A DNA stretch of 61,110 nucleotides, the filler included, from a bacterium (GTDB lineage: Bacteria; JAJRZV01), in NCBI GenBank assembly GCA_024275095.1. It is 5 parts of 5 records of this genome, joined end to end, with 100 filler letters (N's around TTAATTAATTAA, not from the genome) between each part and the next. Parts side by side here need not be neighbours in the genome. Positions count along the whole stretch, not along the records: positions 1 to 29,049 come from JAJRZV010000028.1; 4 more parts are not named here. The stretch is one strand, 5' to 3'. Made by a program: the position numbers and the translations under genes. The notes under the pieces were generated by a model. The model ran no database searches, was not told the origin of the DNA, and worked only from the letters and a program-made list of their open reading frames with translations. Shown here piece by piece: positions 1-9,927 of this stretch; position 1 is the first letter of the stretch, and each line of letters begins with the position of its first letter.

Positions 1-1
1 A

Positions 2-1000
2 GAAATACGCACCATCATTTCTGCCCTCGGTACGGGCATTCGAGAGGAGTTTAACATTGATAAAATTCGGTATCATCGAATCATCATCATGACCGATGCC
101 GACGTTGATGGGGCTCATATTCGCACGTTGCTCCTTACTTTCTTCTTCCGGCAGATGCCGGAGGTTATAGATAGAGGATATCTCTACATCGCCCAACCGC
201 CCCTTTACCGCGTTAAAAAGGGAAAGATGGAGAAGTACCTCAAGGACGACGAGGAACTCAGCGAGTTTTTGCTTGCGGAAGGCATACGCAAGCTGAAGCT
301 TTATTCAGGTTCTAAAATCTTGAGAGAAAAAGAAATCAGAGAACTGGTTGATGCAGCGCTCATGTGGGAGAAGGCAATGGATGTGCTCACGGGACGGGGT
401 TACGACCCACTGCTGATACAGAAAATTCTGGATGAGGGTTCTATCACCCAGGACCTCCTGAGCAGACAAAATGAGAAGAAACTGCTCGCAAGCCTTAAAG
501 CACTGGGTGAGAAATTGAAAGAAAGAAACACGCGCGTGGAGTTCTTTGTCACGTTTGACGAAATTACAGATGCCAACAAGGTGAGGATTGTTACTGCAAG
601 AGAGGGCAGACGGTACGAGCAGGAGATTGATGTGGAATTTTTGAGATCACCGGAATTTCGCAGTTTACACAAAAATGCGGACCGTATGAAATCCGCCTCA
701 TTTCCTATGAGGGATGATGGCGGGCACGAGTTCAAAAACGCTTTTGAACTCAAAGATTTTATTATGGAATCCGCACGCAAGGGCATGTTCATTCAACGTT
801 ACAAAGGTCTCGGTGAAATGAACCCTGAACAGCTCTGGGAAACGACACTTAATCCTGAGTCAAGAGTACTTGTGCGTGTAAGCGTTGAGGACGCGGCGGA
901 AGCAGATGAACTCTTCACCATACTCATGGGTGACAAGGTGGAGCCCCGCAGGAAGTTTATTGAGGAACATGCCCTTGAGGTTACCAACCTGGACGTGTGA
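2..1000 (+). CDS. gyrB: DNA gyrase subunit B, C-terminal part (5' truncated by window edge)
   Basis: Frame open from position 2 ([12 protein letters not shown]...[20 protein letters not shown] motif); [18 protein letters not shown] and [11 protein letters not shown]-terminal motifs; long insertion present. Confidence 0.97.
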   Translation, partial: EIRTIISALGTGIREEFNIDKIRYHRIIIMTDADVDGAHIRTLLLTFFFRQMPEVIDRGYLYIAQPPLYRVKKGKMEKYLKDDEELSEFLLAEGIRKLKLYSGSKILREKEIRELVDAALMWEKAMDVLTGRGYDPLLIQKILDEGSITQDLLSRQNEKKLLASLKALGEKLKERNTRVEFFVTFDEITDANKVRIVTAREGRRYEQEIDVEFLRSPEFRSLHKNADRMKSASFPMRDDGGHEFKNAFELKDFIMESARKGMFIQRYKGLGEMNPEQLWETTLNPESRVLVRVSVEDAAEADELFTILMGDKVEPRRKFIEEHALEVTNLDV

Positions 1001-1007
1001 CGGGTCG

Positions 1008-3650
1008 GTGAAGAGTAAAGACATCAGGGAGAGCTTTCTTGCATATTTTGAAAGGCAGGGACACGCGCGTGTGCCCAGTTCACCTCTCATTCCCGCAGAT
1101 GACGAAACGCTCCTTTTTACCAATGCAGGTATGGTCCAGTTCAAGAAGGTGTTTGTGGGGGAGGAGTCCAGACCCTACACTCGCGCCACTTCCTGCCAGA
1201 AATGCATGAGGGCTGGTGGCAAGCACAATGACTTGGAGAACGTGGGGCGTACAGCTAGGCATCACACGTTTTTCGAGATGCTGGGCAACTTTTCTTTTGG
1301 TGATTATTTCAAGGAAGAGGCCATTTCTTTTGCCTGGGAGCTTATGACGCGTGAATTTGGTATCCCTGCAAATAGGCTTTACGTCACTGTTTATAAGGAA
1401 GACGATGAAGCGAGAACACTGTGGAAAAAAATCGCAGGGCTTCCGGACGAGCGAATCGTCGGACTGGGAGAGAAAGACAACTTCTGGGCCATGGGAGAAA
1501 CCGGCCCATGCGGTCCATGTTCTGAAATTATCTACGATCAGGGTGAGGAGATGGGGTGCGGCAGGCCCAACTGTGGAGTTGACTGCGATTGCGACCGGTA
1601 TCTCGAAGTGTGGAATCTGGTGTTCATGCAGTACAACAGGCAGGATGATGGAACACTGGAGCCACTCCCTCGTCCCAGCATTGACACGGGCATGGGATTG
1701 GAAAGGATTACCGCTGTGCTCCAGGGTGTGAAAACCAACTACGATACAGACCTTTTTCTCGGATTGATGGAGGAAGGCAGGCGGTTGCTTGGTTGTGGAG
1801 ACAGTGATGAAGACACTGTAACTCTCCGGGTTGTTTCAGACCATGCAAGAGCCACCGCTTTCCTTATAGCAGATGGTGTTTATCCCACCAATGAGGGGCG
1901 GGGATATGTGCTGAGGCGCATTATCAGGCGGGCGGTGCGTTTTGGCTGGAAGGCCGGTGCAAGAGAGCCTTTTCTGAATCGGTTGTGCACCAGAGTGATA
2001 GAGGAGATGAGTGATGTTTACCCTGAGTTGCGCGACCGCTGTGATACCATCGTTCGACTGGTAGAGATAGAGGAAAATCGCTTTTTGTCCACCATTGAAC
2101 GCGGGCTTGAAACATTCGAGGAAGAAGTAAAAAAAGTGCTATCCACCGGGGGAAAGATTGTTCCTGGAGAGGCTGTTTTTCGGCTTTATGACACATTTGG
2201 TTTCCCTCCAGACCTTACGCGTCTGATGGCGGAGGAAAAAGGGCTTTCCATTGATGAGGAGGGATTCCAAAGAGAGATGGCCCGGCAAAAGGAACGAGCC
2301 CGCAGCGTGTGGAAAAGCCGTACGGGAGACACGGTTTCAGAGGGGCCGTTTCAGGAGTTTATCACAAAGGACAACTTCGTGGGCTACACGTGTATTGACG
2401 TAAGCACGCAGGTGCTTGCCCTGGCAAAAGAAGGAGCACTGGTGGATTGTTTGAGGGAGGGTGAAGAAGGTCAGGTGCTGCTCGAAGAATGCCCGTTTTA
2501 TGGAGAGTCCGGGGGGCAGGTGGGTGATACGGGAATTATAGAAAACAGCAATATGAAAGCAGAAGTTACAGATGCGAAAAAAGCGGGCTCTGCTGTCGTG
2601 TGCCACATAAAAATAGTGAGGGGTAAGCTGGAAACAGGAGATGGAGTAGAAGCACGCGTGGATGAGGCGAGGCGACGGGCTATCATGCGCAATCATACAG
2701 CAACCCATTTGTTGCACGCGGCTCTCAGGAAGGTGCTCGGTGAACATGTGCAGCAGGCGGGTTCACTGGTGGAGCCGGAACGTTTGCGTTTTGATTTTTC
2801 TCACTATCAGGCCCTTACGGATGAAGAGTTGCAAAAGGTGGAACGTCTTGTGAGGCAGTGGATTATGGACAACCGGCATGTGCGCGTTGAATGGATGAGT
2901 CTGGAGGAGGCTCGAAGTAAGGGAGCAATGGCCCTTTTCGATGAAAAATACGGAGACCGCGTCAGGGTGGTAAGTGTAGAAGGTGTCAGTGCAGAACTGT
3001 GCGGAGGTACTCATTTGAGTGCTACGGGTGAGGCAGGCCCGTTTATCATTGTGGCTGAGTCATCAGTGGCTTCAGGTGTCAGGAGAATAACAGCCCTTAC
3101 AGGTGATGGAGCATACAGGTATATAACCGAAAAGGAAGGTGAAATCAGGCTTTTGGTCAATGCACTCGGGGCTTCTTCTTCGAAGGAGGCTTTGAAGCGG
3201 GCGGAGAATCTTAAACAGCGCATCCGCCGGTTAGAACAGGAGATTGAGCGATTGAAAGAAATGTTGACCCGGGGTGAAGGTGCTTCCTCAAAAGTGTCTG
3301 AAGAGGTTGTGGACGGAATCAGGGTCATTACCGGGGCGTATGAGGATCTCGACAGGAACACCCTTGGGCGAATGGTGGATGAATTCAGGGACAAGAAGGC
3401 TCCAGCTGCGGTTCTTCTCATGTCCTCCACAGACGGCCTTGTGGTGACCGTGTGCGGAGTATCGCGTGACATCGCATCTCGACTCAATGCCTCTGAGCTT
3501 ATCAAGCGGGTAGCACCTGTGGTGAAGGGAAGCGGGGGTGGTCGTCCCGATTTTGCGCAGGGTGGTGGAAAAGATCCTTCCGGGATTCCCGAGGCATTAA
3601 AAGCGTTTGTTTCCGCGGTGAAGGATTTTCTCAGGCGAGAGAACGCCTGA
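1008..3650 (+). CDS. alaS: Alanine--tRNA ligase
   Basis: LLFTNAGMVQFK, RHHTFFEMLGNFSFGDYFK, editing-domain HTATHLL and ELCGGTH, C-terminal GGGRPDFAQGGG; likely start GTG at 1008. Confidence 0.98.
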   Translation: MKSKDIRESFLAYFERQGHARVPSSPLIPADDETLLFTNAGMVQFKKVFVGEESRPYTRATSCQKCMRAGGKHNDLENVGRTARHHTFFEMLGNFSFGDYFKEEAISFAWELMTREFGIPANRLYVTVYKEDDEARTLWKKIAGLPDERIVGLGEKDNFWAMGETGPCGPCSEIIYDQGEEMGCGRPNCGVDCDCDRYLEVWNLVFMQYNRQDDGTLEPLPRPSIDTGMGLERITAVLQGVKTNYDTDLFLGLMEEGRRLLGCGDSDEDTVTLRVVSDHARATAFLIADGVYPTNEGRGYVLRRIIRRAVRFGWKAGAREPFLNRLCTRVIEEMSDVYPELRDRCDTIVRLVEIEENRFLSTIERGLETFEEEVKKVLSTGGKIVPGEAVFRLYDTFGFPPDLTRLMAEEKGLSIDEEGFQREMARQKERARSVWKSRTGDTVSEGPFQEFITKDNFVGYTCIDVSTQVLALAKEGALVDCLREGEEGQVLLEECPFYGESGGQVGDTGIIENSNMKAEVTDAKKAGSAVVCHIKIVRGKLETGDGVEARVDEARRRAIMRNHTATHLLHAALRKVLGEHVQQAGSLVEPERLRFDFSHYQALTDEELQKVERLVRQWIMDNRHVRVEWMSLEEARSKGAMALFDEKYGDRVRVVSVEGVSAELCGGTHLSATGEAGPFIIVAESSVASGVRRITALTGDGAYRYITEKEGEIRLLVNALGASSSKEALKRAENLKQRIRRLEQEIERLKEMLTRGEGASSKVSEEVVDGIRVITGAYEDLDRNTLGRMVDEFRDKKAPAAVLLMSSTDGLVVTVCGVSRDIASRLNASELIKRVAPVVKGSGGGRPDFAQGGGKDPSGIPEALKAFVSAVKDFLRRENA

Positions 3651-4281
3651 GAAGGCACTGTCTGCTTTCGTCAATTTCAAAATCCTGAAAACAGGAAGGA
3701 GCGTGCTTTTGGAGGATGCGGAATATCTCGAGTGCAACGCGGCGAATTTCCCACTGGGCGTCAGGCGCTCCCCTCAGTGCCAGTATGTGCCTCCACTCCC
3801 GGAAATTGGCGGTAACCACAATTTCAGTTGTAACAGCATTGGGCAGTACGTAGCGGGCATCCTGTTTGGGAATGCCTTTTTCCTGGAGAAGTGCGTACAC
3901 CTCTCGGGCGTGTTCCATGAATTCCCGAAAGATAGCAGCGGTTTCCGTACTGCCGGAAATTGAAGGTGGGGTCACGAAGGTGAATTTTTTTTCGTCCACG
4001 TACCGCTGTGATTTTTGGGTATAAGACGCAAGCCTGTGTCTGACGAGCTGGTGTGTGAGGGCACGGGATACACCCTGAATGAGGAATGAAGCCCATGCGT
4101 GCTCCAGCACCGATTCATGTCCCCGGCGTATGAGCATTGCAATAAAGGATTTTTCGGAGCCCTCTTTCATTCGTTCGAATGACTGGTAGGCAGTACGCCC
4201 GGCGCGTTCGATAATTTTTTCTGCTTCGGGTGTAATGGAGAGGAGGGTGACTGCAGGGGTGATGTTGGCTGTATTTTTCAC
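3631..4281 (-). CDS. thyX: FAD-dependent thymidylate synthase
   Basis: GHESVLEH, HQLVRHR...SQRYV ThyX motif, ARYVLPNA, AQWEIR. Confidence 0.96.
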   Translation of the reverse strand: MKNTANITPAVTLLSITPEAEKIIERAGRTAYQSFERMKEGSEKSFIAMLIRRGHESVLEHAWASFLIQGVSRALTHQLVRHRLASYTQKSQRYVDEKKFTFVTPPSISGSTETAAIFREFMEHAREVYALLQEKGIPKQDARYVLPNAVTTEIVVTANFREWRHILALRGAPDAQWEIRRVALEIFRILQKHAPSCFQDFEIDESRQCLLRRSLA

Positions 4282-4291
4282 GTCTGAACGG

Positions 4292-5704
4292 TCAAGGTTC
4301 TTTGATGCCGTGGTATTTGAGCTTGTACCTGAGGGTGCTTCGTGCGATGTTGAGCATGGCTGCTGCGAGAGTCTGATTGCCTCGCGCTTTTTTCAATGTG
4401 TAGAGCAGAAGGTTGCGTTCAAATTCGTCCACCAGGTCTTTGAGGTTCTGCCCGGGGCCTTCCCCGCGTGCTGAACGCTCGAGTTGTGTGTCAACGTAAT
4501 ACTCCATGGGAAGATCCAGCATTTCAATGTAACCTGTTTCGTTAAGGGCGACCAGACGCTCGATGAGATTCTGGAGTTCGCGGATGTTACCCGGCCAGGA
4601 ATATTCCATAAGAATTTTGAGTACACTTTCGTCAATTCCCCGGATTTCTTTCCCCATCATGCGGGAATATCTGGTGATAAAGTAATTGATGAAGTCCGGT
4701 ATATCTTCCTTGCGTTCACGCAGTGGTGGAAGATGAAGAGGAATCACGTTGAGGCGATAGTAAAGGTCTTCTCGAAATTTTCCTTCCCTGACCAGTCGTT
4801 TGAGATTCTTGTTTGTGGCGGCGATAATGCGTGTTCGCACCTTGACCGTGCGCTCTCCGCCAACACGTTCAAACTCTCCGGTTTGAAGCACCCGGAGCAG
4901 CTTTCCCTGAAGAGCCACGGGTGTATCACCGATCTCGTCCAGAAAGATGGTTCCTCCGTCAGCGAGTTCAAATTTTCCAAAATGTCGCTGGGTGGCCCCT
5001 GTAAAGGCTCCCTTTTCATGCCCGAAGAGAACGGACTCAGCAAGCTCGGGCGTGAGGTTGTTTACGTTTACGGTCACAAACGGTCCATCTGAAAATGGCG
5101 ATTTGTTGTGAATGTATCGGGCCAGGATTTCTTTTCCTGTGCCGCTCTCTCCGGTTATGAGTATGGTTGAGGGAAGGCGCGCTATCTTTTCTGCCACTTC
5201 AAAGATTTTCTGAACGTGACGATTGCGACCGATAATAAGGGTTTTGAGCTCTTCCTCTTCTTCGGTACCTTCAGCTACTAACTGAATTTGTTTTCTCACC
5301 TGGATGCGTTCAAATGCTCTTTCCACCCGTGTACACAGCTCTTCTCTGGAAAATCCCTTGACAAGGTAATCAAACGCTCCTTTCTGCATGGCTTCCACAA
5401 CCAGGGGAATATCCTTGAGTACCGAGATCATGATGATTTCCACGTTGAAGAAGTGGTTTTTAATTTTTTCCAGGAGTTCGAGTCCGTCTTCCTCTCCCAG
5501 GCGGATGTCCAGGAGAATGACGTCTATGTTGACACGGTTGAGTACGGCCAGAGCTTCTCCGCCCCCGGAAGCTTCGTATACCTCATATTCATCGCTCAAG
5601 AATTCCCGCACGGTGTTGCGGTCGGATTCTTTGTCGTCAATGACAAGTACACGTCGAACAGGCTGTAGAGGTATCTCAATGATCCGTGATGGCTCTACTG
5701 GCAT
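4292..5704 (-). CDS. Sigma54-dependent response regulator (NtrC family: receiver + AAA+ + Fis HTH)
   Basis: Receiver (VIDD, LLDI), GESGTGKE Walker A, GAFTGA, FLDEIG, WPGNIREL, C-terminal GNQTLAAAMLNIARSTLRYKL HTH. Confidence 0.95.
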   Translation of the reverse strand: MPVEPSRIIEIPLQPVRRVLVIDDKESDRNTVREFLSDEYEVYEASGGGEALAVLNRVNIDVILLDIRLGEEDGLELLEKIKNHFFNVEIIMISVLKDIPLVVEAMQKGAFDYLVKGFSREELCTRVERAFERIQVRKQIQLVAEGTEEEEELKTLIIGRNRHVQKIFEVAEKIARLPSTILITGESGTGKEILARYIHNKSPFSDGPFVTVNVNNLTPELAESVLFGHEKGAFTGATQRHFGKFELADGGTIFLDEIGDTPVALQGKLLRVLQTGEFERVGGERTVKVRTRIIAATNKNLKRLVREGKFREDLYYRLNVIPLHLPPLRERKEDIPDFINYFITRYSRMMGKEIRGIDESVLKILMEYSWPGNIRELQNLIERLVALNETGYIEMLDLPMEYYVDTQLERSARGEGPGQNLKDLVDEFERNLLLYTLKKARGNQTLAAAMLNIARSTLRYKLKYHGIKEP

Positions 5705-6063
5705 TAAATGTACCTCGTAACGATGTTGAGAAGCTCGCGGAAATGAAAGGGTTTGCGTATAAACTCATCGCATCCGGCGCGGCGACAGCGTTCTTCTGTA
5801 TCTGGGTCGCTTTTTGCAGTGATAATAATAACCCGGGTTGATGAAAGCTCTGGGTGGGATTTTACAAAGCGACATATGGTATCACCCGTCATCCCGGGCA
5901 TTGCATAGTCTATTAAAGCCACCTGAGGCCGTTCTGATTGAATTTTCTTGAGGGCCTCTGTCCCGTCCGTGGCGGTAATAATGGTACATCCTGTCCGCCG
6001 CAAAAGCACCTCTTCTAACTTCACCACACTGACCGCATCATCCGCGATAAGTATCTTTTTCAT
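5704..6063 (-). CDS. Single-domain response regulator (CheY-like receiver)
   Basis: ILIADD, LIDYAMPGMTG, IITA, KPF motifs; stop overlaps start of the NtrC-type gene. Confidence 0.92.
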   Translation of the reverse strand: MKKILIADDAVSVVKLEEVLLRRTGCTIITATDGTEALKKIQSERPQVALIDYAMPGMTGDTICRFVKSHPELSSTRVIIITAKSDPDTEERCRRAGCDEFIRKPFHFRELLNIVTRYI

Positions 6064-6289
6064 GATATTTAAACAATATAAGCAAAGGTTCGTCCCTTTT
6101 CAATGAAAAATCTGGAGTCTCGCCCGTGAGATGGGACTTTCCGTGCATGTGTCAGAATTTCGCGTCAAAAGTTTTAGGTGTTTCTGAAACCTGAATGTGT
6201 TTTAAGAGGTTAGAACACTCGAAAAAGGAGGAAGTTCGGCTTAACAGGAAGTAAAATAAAAGACATTTCATGGGCCGAGGGGGTTAAGG

Positions 6290-8281
6290 GTGAATGTTTT
6301 GGTGACACTTGCACTCATTCAGCAAATTGCTATGGAACGAATGTTGTTCAGACCCGTAACGTCTCCTGCATCCTGGGTTGAAGCGATTAGTACTGCCCAG
6401 ATGGAAAAGTGGGGCAAACTTCACACAGATGGGAGCCTTTCACTTGTTCCGGGAGTGTATTCCACGGGTTCCATGCATCCGGGAACACCCGTGAACGTGC
6501 TTGTTCGCGGTGGCGTGCCGTACGGGGTACAGGTGTATCTCGAGGGTGTATTGCTCAGGTCTGTTCTCAATGCCGGTCAGTTCAATCTGACAGGGTTCGT
6601 TCCCGAGGGCATTGGAGGACTTGAGGTTTTCAGCGGGCCGTCGGCCACGCTCCTTGGAGCTGAATCATCGTCTGGAGGAATAAACGTACTTTTCCCGCCA
6701 CATGTTCAGGGACTGAATTCTTACGTTCAGGTAACAGAGGGCGGCTACGTGAGAGCTGGAGCTGGATACGGTGGCAGGGCCGGAGATGCTCTGCGGTATT
6801 CTTTGCTTGCAGGAGGAGAGCTCACCCTCAGGGACCGGTACGGAAGGGATGCCGATGGAAGCTACGGGATCCTGAACGTCCAGGGTAAGCTCGGCCGGTG
6901 GACGCTCAGGCTGAAGGGATATTTTCTGGAAAAAAGGTGGGAGGTGGGATTCAAGTTTTCCCAGGTGCTCACTGTTCAACGATTCATTCAAGATCAACAG
7001 CAAAATCCTGACATCCAGATGTTCATGCCGGTGGGTGTGATTGATCCCAACCAGCGTTACAGGCAGGGACTTGCGTATTTGCTCGCGGAGGGAACTTCCA
7101 GCTGGAACGGGGACAGCGTGAACCTGCAGGTTTACGTGGCACGCACTGGAGAGTCTTTACTGGATATGCCTGATGACCACGATAGTTCCCTGAGCTTTGG
7201 ATTGACAGGAGAGGAGGTTCTCCATCGTGTGCGTTCATGGAGATACGGCGGCAGAGTTCACTGGACTTCTCAGACCCGGTGGGGACTGTGGGCCTCACGT
7301 GCTGGTATTGAAGGGGAGAGCCTGGAAACGTTTTGCCTTTCTCCCGTGGGATTTTGTGGTGCGGAGGTGTCACAGGATTTTTCAGACGAAAGAGTCGATG
7401 GCTGGGTAGGATTGGAATACTTTAATCGGTTTAGTGTTATGGGGGTGTCGGCGGCGGGACGCATTGATTACATCAGTCGTTACAGTACAGTGGAGAACCT
7501 TTCCGGGCGCGTGTTTCTTTATATTCCGCCTGTTGTAAGAGATCTGAAAATTACACTTTCAGGAGCAATATCCAGGGGAGTAAGGGTACCGCGAATGGAT
7601 GAACTTTACTTTGGTGACAGGGCGAACCCGGCATTGCGTCCTGAAAAGGGTCTCATGAAGGAACTCGCGGTCCTTGCTTCGTGGCAGGGGACTCCTCTGG
7701 CGATTCAGTTCAGAACCATGTATTTCAAAAACAATTTCAAAGACCTCATTACGCGCGGCATAGATCCTTCTCGCCCCGGGGCTCTCGTGTACGTGAACCT
7801 GGACAACGGAGTGAGCGAGGGTGTGGAAGGAGTGTTCAATCTTGAAGCTTTTAAAAAAGTTTTTCTGAAACTGGTGGCAACGCGGATGAGCATGAGAAGG
7901 CAGACACCCCTGTCCGGCTGGAAGGATCTGCTCGTACACCTTAAGCCCAGATACATCGTTAACGCATACACGGGAGTAGAAGACGGCTTGTGGAGCGTGG
8001 TTGCTCAGTGGGAATCGGTGGGGCCGTGGAAGGAACCCTTGCCCTATGTGGATGAAAATGGCGAAGTCCATGGAGACCCCGTTGCTCGGGCTCCCTTCGA
8101 GCAGAAAGGTTACAACTTGCTGCATATCTATGCCCGGCTGAATCTGAAGAAAATAAGGAGTATTGAAAGACTTTCTGTGTTTGTGAAGGTATACAATCTT
8201 TTGAACAGGAAATACCGCCTTCCTGGCGGTTTCCCGGGGATTCCTCGAACGGTTACTTCAGGCATTGAGCTTTCCATGTAA
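6290..8281 (+). CDS. TonB-dependent receptor (plug + beta-barrel)
   Basis: Plug-like LVPGV...VRGG...VYLEGV...LEVFSGPSATLLGAESSSGGINV; barrel motifs P...ELY...NPALRPEKG, NLLNRKY...G.PRT, amphipathic C-terminal strand. Confidence 0.85.
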   Translation: MNVLVTLALIQQIAMERMLFRPVTSPASWVEAISTAQMEKWGKLHTDGSLSLVPGVYSTGSMHPGTPVNVLVRGGVPYGVQVYLEGVLLRSVLNAGQFNLTGFVPEGIGGLEVFSGPSATLLGAESSSGGINVLFPPHVQGLNSYVQVTEGGYVRAGAGYGGRAGDALRYSLLAGGELTLRDRYGRDADGSYGILNVQGKLGRWTLRLKGYFLEKRWEVGFKFSQVLTVQRFIQDQQQNPDIQMFMPVGVIDPNQRYRQGLAYLLAEGTSSWNGDSVNLQVYVARTGESLLDMPDDHDSSLSFGLTGEEVLHRVRSWRYGGRVHWTSQTRWGLWASRAGIEGESLETFCLSPVGFCGAEVSQDFSDERVDGWVGLEYFNRFSVMGVSAAGRIDYISRYSTVENLSGRVFLYIPPVVRDLKITLSGAISRGVRVPRMDELYFGDRANPALRPEKGLMKELAVLASWQGTPLAIQFRTMYFKNNFKDLITRGIDPSRPGALVYVNLDNGVSEGVEGVFNLEAFKKVFLKLVATRMSMRRQTPLSGWKDLLVHLKPRYIVNAYTGVEDGLWSVVAQWESVGPWKEPLPYVDENGEVHGDPVARAPFEQKGYNLLHIYARLNLKKIRSIERLSVFVKVYNLLNRKYRLPGGFPGIPRTVTSGIELSM

Positions 8282-8377
8282 AAAACATTTCCTGGCCCGG
8301 GGTTACTTGGTATCAAGATTCAAAAAAGAAAAGAACAGCAAGTCCTTCAGGCGATATTCCGCTTCGAAGAGAAAGTG

Positions 8378-8481
8378 TGGCGAAAAGTTGCCTTTTGACA
8401 AAATTCAGCCATTTGGTTTTGACAGTGGCATAGAGGTCACTCTGCCTGGTGTGTAAATTTTTATCTGGCCGAAATTGGTCA
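8378..8481. promoter_or_regulatory. Three TGRC-N8-GYCA palindromic sites (candidate enhancer-binding-protein UAS)
   Basis: TGGC-GAAAAGTT-GCCT (8378-8393, one mismatch), TGAC-AAAATTCA-GCCA (8396-8411), TGGC-CGAAATTG-GTCA (8466-8481), upstream of the rSAM gene. Confidence 0.5.
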
Positions 8482-8534
8482 GGCACGGCTCGATCGCTTC
8501 GCTGCTAAGTTCCTGAGAATTCGGCAGAAACATG

Positions 8535-8551
8535 TTGGCACAAACCTTCCC
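8535..8551 (+). promoter_or_regulatory. Candidate sigma54 (-24/-12) promoter
   Basis: TTGGCAC-AAACC-TTCCC versus consensus TGGCAC-N5-TTGCW; perfect -24 box, G at -13 replaced by C. Confidence 0.45.
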
Positions 8552-8564
8552 TTTGTAGTGTGGC

Positions 8565-9824
8565 GTGCGATGGTCAACCTACAACGTGGAAATACCCCTT
8601 ACAGAAAAACTGAAAATGATCTACAACCCATTCACGGGTGGAGAGGTCATTGTTGAAGATTCGGGTGGAGATTTGGATGCAGACACCGCAGAGGTGCTGG
8701 CAGAAGCGGGTTTGGTGGTGGATGGGGATGAGGAAGCCGAATATTCGCGCGTTAGAGAGTCAATTTTTGCTGATTCCACCATGGGCCATGCCACGCTTCT
8801 CCTCACAACTGCCTGTAACTTCAGGTGTGTTTATTGTTTCCAGGAAGGTGAACGTCCACGCTACATGGATGACTTCACGGCAGAGGCAACAGCATGTTTT
8901 CTCGTAAACAGAGTGAAGGAGAGAGGGCTCGAGGGCCTGAGGCTCGTGTTTTACGGGGGCGAGCCCCTGATGAATTTGCGCGCTCTGCGCATCATTGCAC
9001 GCTATTGCAGGCACGGGTTAAACGGGCGGTTCGAGGCTGGTGTGATTACCAACGGATACTATCTCACTCCCGAGGTTATCCGCGAGCTGTGGGATCTGGG
9101 CGTCCAGTGGGTCAAGGTTACCATTGATGGAGTTCCGCCTTTTCACGAGAAGATGAGACCGGCGAGGCACGGCAGGCCCACCTTTGAAAGGCTTTTTTCC
9201 AACATGGTGAAAGCGGGCGAAAAACTCCGCGTCATCCTGGCAGCCAATTACACGGCTGAAACAGTGGAAGGTGTTTACCGGCTTGTTGATTACGTTGCAG
9301 CTCGAGGTGGACAGCAGTTTATAGACAAGTTTTTTGCTCGTCCGGTATTTGGAAAGCTTCTGTGCGACTCGGGGGCAGATATTTATTCATATGCACACAG
9401 CGATATCGAAGAGCTTTTCCGCGTGAACATGCATGCGGCCAAGCGCGGGTTCCCCATCAAGGACTTTTTCCACCTGGGCCCATGCAATTTTTACGATGCC
9501 TCGAGCCTGGCAGTGGATCCTGTGGGCAATGTGTACCCCTGCGAGGGTCTCGTGCATTTCCCGGAGTTTAAGGCTGGCAATGTAAGTCGAAGTGTTGATG
9601 AAACCGCTCTCGTGGACGTGAAAAAGGTGGAGCGTTTTCGCCCGTGCCGGCGCTGCCCGTATCTTCCCGCGTGCGGGGGTGGATGCGCTGTTTCCGCGCT
9701 TGTTGCCCGGGGCTCGCACGAGAAGGTGATGTGCGAGAAAACCTTTTTTGAGCGGGCGGGCGTAAGGTTTCTGAAAGAAAGGGCCCTTTCTGAAATAACA
9801 CAACAAAAGGAGGTGGCAATATGA
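8565..9824 (+). CDS. Radical SAM/SPASM-domain peptide maturase
   Basis: CNFRCVYC (CxxxCxxC), FYGGEPL, ITNGY, VTIDG; SPASM region GPC...GNVYPC...CRRCPYLPACGGGC...C (Cx2Cx5Cx3C plus 3 more Cys); ~70-aa N-terminal extension. Confidence 0.93.
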   Translation: MRWSTYNVEIPLTEKLKMIYNPFTGGEVIVEDSGGDLDADTAEVLAEAGLVVDGDEEAEYSRVRESIFADSTMGHATLLLTTACNFRCVYCFQEGERPRYMDDFTAEATACFLVNRVKERGLEGLRLVFYGGEPLMNLRALRIIARYCRHGLNGRFEAGVITNGYYLTPEVIRELWDLGVQWVKVTIDGVPPFHEKMRPARHGRPTFERLFSNMVKAGEKLRVILAANYTAETVEGVYRLVDYVAARGGQQFIDKFFARPVFGKLLCDSGADIYSYAHSDIEELFRVNMHAAKRGFPIKDFFHLGPCNFYDASSLAVDPVGNVYPCEGLVHFPEFKAGNVSRSVDETALVDVKKVERFRPCRRCPYLPACGGGCAVSALVARGSHEKVMCEKTFFERAGVRFLKERALSEITQQKEVAI

Positions 9825-9886
9825 AGGTACTGAAAATCAAAAAAGTGGTCCGCCAGAAAGCTGTTTGTTCATGGTACCTCTACTGA
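9821..9886 (+). CDS. Putative RiPP precursor peptide, 21 aa (MKVLKIKKVVRQKAVCSWYLY)
   Basis: ATG overlaps the rSAM stop (ATGA); strong SD AAGGAGGT 6 nt upstream; basic leader-like N-terminus and Cys/aromatic C-terminus; below the ORF-track size cut-off. Confidence 0.8.
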   Translation: MKVLKIKKVVRQKAVCSWYLY

Positions 9887-9927
9887 TTTTCCTGGAAAAG
9901 GGGGAGCAAAGCCCGTAACATAACCCC

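Noticed and set aside
885-1007. 41-aa N-terminal extension of AlaS in the ORF track
   Set aside because: Overlaps gyrB; AlaS homology begins at GTG 1008.
8265-8456. 63-aa ORF upstream of the rSAM gene as alternative precursor
   Set aside because: No SD, overlaps the TBDR end and the palindromic sites; the 9821 ORF has far better translation signals.
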